Below are positions 24,222-28,755 of a DNA stretch of 28,755 nucleotides, one piece after another (position 1 is the stretch's first letter; each line of letters begins with the position of its first letter). A program made the translations under genes and the position numbers. The stretch is from positions 1 to 28,755 of the forward strand of contig NW_021833212.1 of the NCBI RefSeq assembly GCF_006345805.1. Reading direction: 5' to 3'. A model generated the notes under the pieces. It worked only from the letters and a program-made list of their open reading frames with translations. It had not been told where the DNA came from and made no database searches. Source of the stretch: Octopus sinensis. Its lineage: Eukaryota.

Positions 24222-24702
24222 TCAACCCTTTTGTTACCATATTTCTATTGAAATACATTCTGTCTTTGTTTCAATCAAATTTGTAAATAATGAAGGACTT
24301 AGTGAAATAAGTTGGTGCTGGAACATAATTTAGATTATTTTGAAACAGGAAATTTGTATCAGAGAATCAGGGTAAATCTCTGATGGGTTGCTATCAATAA
24401 CTTTAACTCTTTCATTATCCAATTTTTTTTTGTCAAAATACACTGCTACAGTTTCAGTTAATTTTGGAAAATAATGATGATTTTAGTGAAATAAATTTGT
24501 CATTATCAACTCTTTTGTTGCCAAATTTCTGTTGAAATAAATTACTTTTGTTGCACTTAATCTTAAAAATAGAGAATTTTGTAAAATAAGTTTGTCATTA
24601 TTAAGCTGGTGTTTAGAACATAAAGCTACATGAAATTTTGATGGAAAGTGTAATTTAGATAATTTTCGAAACAATAAGTTTTTGTCATAGAAACAAGAGT
24701 TA
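24222..24702. mobile_element. Cluster of nested or adjacent piggyBac-like MITE relics
   Basis: Repeated (t/c)aacccttt / aactcttt starts and an aagagttaa end; similar to 6554-6752. Confidence 0.55.
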
Positions 24703-25129
24703 ATCACAGAAACTAATGAATGGTAGAAGAATTTAAAAAATACCTATTTCAGAACGCCTCCAACTTCTACCATAACTTTTTTGCTTTTTATTCTATTTTA
24801 AAAAATTTCTTTGAATTTTTATGCTTTAAGCATAATTTATAATTACTCTAAGCAATTAATTTCAATTGTAGTTAAAGAAATGCAAACAGAATGTTTCTAA
24901 AATTTGTAATTAGTTGAAAAAAAAAAACTGGTTTAAATAGAATTGAAAATCAACTGCAATGTTTTCCAGTCTGATGATAATGGTGATGATGATGATTATA
25001 TAAAAATGATAATGATAATGGTGATGGTAGTGATGATGGTGGTTGTGATGATGATGATGATGTTGATGTTGAATACATAAAAATAACAATGATGAGGATG
25101 TGAATGGCAATATGCAATACCAAAGTTAC

Positions 25130-25345
25130 CTTCTCTGGCTGGTTGCTCAACAAGGCCACAAGCTGTTCTATGGCCTTCAGGTCACGGAACTGAACCAAGT
25201 TTTCCCGACTAATGGAACATTTCCAAATTGCACCAGTGGCTGCAGCCAGCAACTCTTTGTTGTTACCTGATGACAATATGGCCACCAAAGGGGGAAGTCC
25301 CCCGTATTCTCGAACTAATTCGCGGCTCTCTTTATCCTCTGCACA
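25130..25345 (-). CDS. ODAD2: ODAD2/ARMC4 internal exon B (216 bp, phase 0/0): [72 protein letters not shown]
   Basis: Overlaps ORF 24950..25288. Acceptor ttttctcttgtAG and donor GTaact. The armadillo-repeat motif [12 protein letters not shown] is characteristic of ARMC4. Confidence 0.96.
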
Positions 25346-25421
25346 CTACAAGAGAAAAATCAGATGTAGAAGTAATTTTCAAAGTAACTCATTTTTGATT
25401 ATTAAAAAACAATTTCTTTGG

Positions 25422-25463
25422 CATATATATATATATATATATAATATATATATATATATATAA

Positions 25464-25539
<76 letters not shown>

Positions 25540-25552
25540 GTATTATATATAT
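25422..25552. repeat. (TA)n microsatellite
   Basis: Direct reading. Confidence 0.95.
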
Positions 25553-25554
25553 AA

Positions 25555-25760
25555 AGTTAATCCAAACAAGAAAACAAAAGCAAAAAACAACAACGCAGGA
25601 CGTGGAACAAATAAAGTATTATTGGACGTCAGGAAAGAAGGGAAGAAGGAGGGTTTGACGTTTCGAGCGGAGCTCTTCGTCGGAAACATAGGAGAAGGAA
25701 AGATCCAGAGAAGGGAAGACAGGGGAAAAAAAATCGCTAGTGATACAGACGAGGTCACAT
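25555..25760 (-). mobile_element. Penelope-like terminal repeat, copy 1
   Basis: About 205 bp, homologous to 26014-26219. The minus strand contains CCGACGAAGAGC..GCTCGAAACGTC, a PLE-type hammerhead-like core. Confidence 0.65.
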
Positions 25761-25764
25761 ATAG

Positions 25765-25984
25765 GTAGGTTTACAGTTATTCAAATATCTCTTTTGCATT
25801 CATATATTAACAGTTTATATCTAAATTATAAAAAAACATGAAACCATTATTCTATGCTAATTTAGTTAATTTTGTCAAGCTCCCATTTCAGTCTGTAAGA
25901 TAGAAATTTAAATGTAATAAAATGTTTTAAAAGAAATTTAAAGTGCCTACGTGATAACTGTAAACCTACTTTTGGGCCACCCTG
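25765..25984. mobile_element. Tc1/mariner-like MITE, left TIR truncated
   Basis: Perfect 16-bp inverted repeat gtaggtttacagttat (25765-25780) / ataactgtaaacctac (25954-25969). The right end reads ...tgggccaccctg|TA. Confidence 0.75.
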
Positions 25985-26013
25985 TATGTATATATGTATA
26001 TATATATAAATAT

Positions 26014-26219
26014 AGTTAATCCAAACAAGAAAACACAAAAAACACAACAACGCGAGGACGTGGAACTAATATAGTATTATTGGATGCTCAGGAAAGAAGG
26101 AAAGAAGGAGGGTTTAACGTTTCGAGCGAAGCTCTTCGTCGGAAACATAGGAGAAGGAAAGATCCAGGGAAGGGAAGACAGAGGAAAAAAAATCGCCAAC
26201 AGTACACACGAGGTCACAT
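26014..26219 (-). mobile_element. Penelope-like terminal repeat, copy 2
   Basis: Direct homologue of 25555-25760 with the same hammerhead-like core. Confidence 0.65.
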
Positions 26220-26261
26220 TTTGAATATATATATATGTATATACATATATATATATATATA

Positions 26262-26660
26262 CTAGCAGTATCGCCTGGCGTTGCTCGGGTTTGTAAGGGA
26301 AATAACTATATAAGCATTTTTAGAGAGTTATAGCCAAAAAATAGAAAAAAAATGCATTAAAAATGGAAAAAAAAATGATGGTAAATTTTTTTAAAAATCG
26401 TTGACTCATCGTAGATATTTTTAGAGAGTTACTTCCCTTATATAATAGCCAAAAAAATGCATTAAAATGGAAAAAATGATGGTAAATTTTTTTTTAAATC
26501 GTAGACTCATCGTAGACGCACGCTAATACCCAGAAGGGCTCGATATGAACCACGACTATAAGATACCCGGTTTTGGTTAAACTGCACCGCAAAATGTGGG
26601 AGTAGTTAGGAATCTAAATCGTAGGAGACAGACACACAACTTCACTTTTATATATAAAGA
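26262..26660 (-). mobile_element. Non-autonomous Helitron
   Basis: On the minus strand: A|TC 5' end (26660), degenerate subterminal hairpin CCCGAGCAACGCCAGG and CTAG|T 3' end (26262), with no TSD. Internal ~100-bp tandem duplication at about 26316-26413 and 26415-26515. Confidence 0.85.
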
Positions 26661-26854
26661 TATATAAGTAGATAAGCCTATGTCTGGTCATAGAGTGACC
26701 AATGGTTTCACATTCACAAAAGTCTTAGCCCCGTAAACATCTTATCAGACTCTAAAGCTGAAGACAAATGTAATTCTACCTGCTTTGGGAATTGAAACCA
26801 AGATCTTGTGATAATGAGTACAACACCCTAACCATTAGTAATGTGTGTGTGTGT

Positions 26855-27025
26855 GTATAACAGGTTTCTTTCAGTTTCTGATAGCCAAATCCACTCCCAA
26901 GGTTTTAATCAGCTAGTAGGGGTGGGTATAGTAAAAGACAGTTGCCAAAGGTACCAAACAGTGGAACTGAACCTGAAACCATGGGGTGGGAAGCAAACTT
27001 CCTAACCGCACACCCTTGTCTGCAC
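26855..27025 (-). mobile_element. Diverged SINE family C, 5' half
   Basis: tttctttcagtttc...aaatccactc...ggaactgaacctgaaaccatg aligns to family C. Confidence 0.7.
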
Positions 27026-27063
27026 ACCTTAATCTATACACTTGGTGATTGAAAGAGACTTAC

Positions 27064-27174
27064 CTTAAATATTGCTAAGGCACAGTATGTCTTCAGTTCT
27101 TCATTCTGACTCTTCAGATTCTTCACAAGATCTTCGATCATTCCTTCTGAATGGATCGCTGCTCTGTAACTTGG
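27064..27174 (-). CDS. ODAD2: ODAD2/ARMC4 internal exon A (111 bp, phase 0/0): PSYRAAIHSEGMIEDLVKNLKSQNEELKTYCALAIFK
   Basis: Manual translation; missed by the ORF track. Acceptor tctttctgctgttttctAG and donor GTaagt. Matches the recalled ARMC4 segment [35 protein letters not shown] and joins in frame to the next exon. Confidence 0.93.
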
Positions 27175-27235
27175 CTAGAAAACAGCAGAAAGATAGAAAC
27201 GTCTTATGTTGGAAATTAAACTGAGTGTGCATCAC

Positions 27236-27294
27236 GTCGTCGTCGTCGTCGTCAGCAGCAGCAGCAGCAGCAGCATCATCATCATCAGCATCAG

Positions 27295-27350
<56 letters not shown>
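27236..27350. repeat. Graded trinucleotide run (CGT)n-(CAG)n-(CAT)n
   Basis: Direct reading; the (CAT)n part is the tail of the adjacent RTE fragment. Confidence 0.95.
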
Positions 27351-27351
<1 letters not shown>

Positions 27352-27612
27352 TTAGCGTCCGTTTTCCATGCTAGCACGGGTTGGACGGTTTGACCGGGGA
27401 TCTGGGAAGCCTGGAGGCTGCACCAGGCTCCAGTCTGATCTGGCAGTGTTTCTACAGCTGGAGGCCCTTCCTAATGCCAACCACTCCGTGAGTGTTTTTG
27501 GTAGCTTTTTACGTGCCACCGGCACAGCTGCCAGGGGAGTCTGGCAGCGACCATGATCAGTTGGTGCTTTTTACATGCCACCGGCACAGAAGCCAGTCAA
27601 GGCGGCGCTGGC
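27300..27612 (-). mobile_element. RTE-type LINE 3' end with (ATG)n tail
   Basis: catttagcgtccgttttccatgctagcacggg...; aligns to 20583-20792. Confidence 0.85.
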
Positions 27613-27637
27613 AAGAAACTGGAGAGGTGAGAGTTAG

Positions 27638-28410
27638 ATGGAATACAGCTATACATTTGACTGGAGTACAGACATATGCTTAAGTGGAGTATGTACATAT
27701 GCTTGACTGAGTAGAGCCATCAAGACTTATAGAGCTATACATTAAACTGGCGTATAGTCATACAACAGACTGAGTACAACCATGCGTTAGACTGTGCATA
27801 GCCATACACCATACATTAGACTGGAGTGTAGTCACACACTTGACTGAGTAAAGCCACTCACTTGAATGGGGTACAGCCATATGCTAGACTGGAGTAATCA
27901 TATACTTGACTGAGTTGAGTCATACATAGACTGCATAGCCATACACCATACATTAGACTGGAGTGTAGTCACACACTTGACTGAGTGTAAAGCCACTCAC
28001 TTGAATGGGGTACAGCCATATGCTAGATTGGAGTAATCATATACTTGACTGAGTAGAGTCATACATAGACTGCATAGCCATACACCATACATTAGACTGG
28101 AGTGTAGTCACACACTTGACTGAGTGAAGCCACTCACTTGAATGGGGTACAGCCATATGCTAGATTGGAGTAATCATATACTTGACTGAGTAGATTCATA
28201 CATAGACTGTGCATAGCCATACACCATACATTAGACTGGAGTGTAGTCACACACTTGACTGAGTGAAGCCACTCACTTGAATGGGGTACAGCTATATGCT
28301 AGACTGGAGTAATCATATACTTGACTGAGTAGAGTCATACATTAGATTAGTGTGTAGTTACACACTAGACTGAGTATAGCCATACACCAGACTGGAGTAT
28401 GGTCATACAC
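27638..28410. repeat. Minisatellite with ~23-bp monomers organised into four ~139-bp higher-order units
   Basis: Unit starts (tagact/tagatt) at 27788, 27927, 28066, 28203 and 28343, with degenerate monomers on both flanks. Confidence 0.92.
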
Positions 28411-28644
28411 TGCAGTGATTCTTAATCGTCCGTGGCTTAGCCCCACCTCTCAGATTGACATGTTGCTTTTCGAAACAATAAGCAATAAAAATCCCAATGG
28501 GTTATTTTAATTAAGCAGGCACTAATTAATCTGTACAATGGGTTTTAAAAATCCTTTTTATTCTGATATTCTCCTTAATCCAGGTTGAGAGCCACTGGTC
28601 TAGACAGTGCATGATGATAACATTATATTACACTTGATGGTGTA

Positions 28645-28755
28645 TACTCTTTTACTCTTTTACTTGTTACAGTCATTTGACTGCGGCCATGCTGGAGCAC
28701 CGCCTTTTAGTCGAACAAATCGACCCCGGGACTTATTCTTTGTAAGCCAGTACTT
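28645..28755 (-). mobile_element. SINE family C 3' end, cut by the window edge
   Basis: actcttttactcttttacttgtt...gccatgctggagcaccgcc...cccgggacttattctttgtaagc. Confidence 0.9.

Noticed and set aside
27638-28410. CRISPR-like appearance of the tandem array
   Set aside because: Eukaryotic intron, and the whole unit repeats with no unique spacers.
21535-28755. Inverted family C SINEs flanking exons A-C as a circRNA driver
   Set aside because: The copies are partial and diverged, and such pairs are ubiquitous at this SINE density. No sequence-level evidence of back-splicing.

Overview
Eukaryotic, AT-rich DNA dense in microsatellites and SINEs. The repeat families look like coleoid cephalopod (probably Octopus) sequence; this is inferred from recall, not from a database search. 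The only gene I can support is ODAD2/ARMC4 (outer dynein arm docking complex subunit 2, armadillo-repeat protein) on the minus strand. Four internal exons (27174-27064, 25345-25130, 21959-21778, 21009-20895) have canonical AG/GT ends and splice in frame to 208 aa. The next expected exon is absent, so 1-20894 appears to be one intron of at least 20.9 kb. The rest is intronic repeat: at least four tRNA-derived SINE families, RTE-type LINE 3' ends, a decayed maT/DD37D-like Tc1/mariner transposase, hAT, piggyBac and Tc1/mariner MITEs, a non-autonomous Helitron, Penelope-like repeats, a higher-order minisatellite and many microsatellites. Nearly all long ORFs in the supplied track are repeat artefacts. 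The best second-look items are Penelope-type minimal hammerhead motifs, a GGT target bias with self-insertion in one SINE family, a hairpin shared by two SINE families, a fold-back palindrome centred on an RTE tail, and several short near-identical local duplications. I found no evidence for a new multi-gene system.
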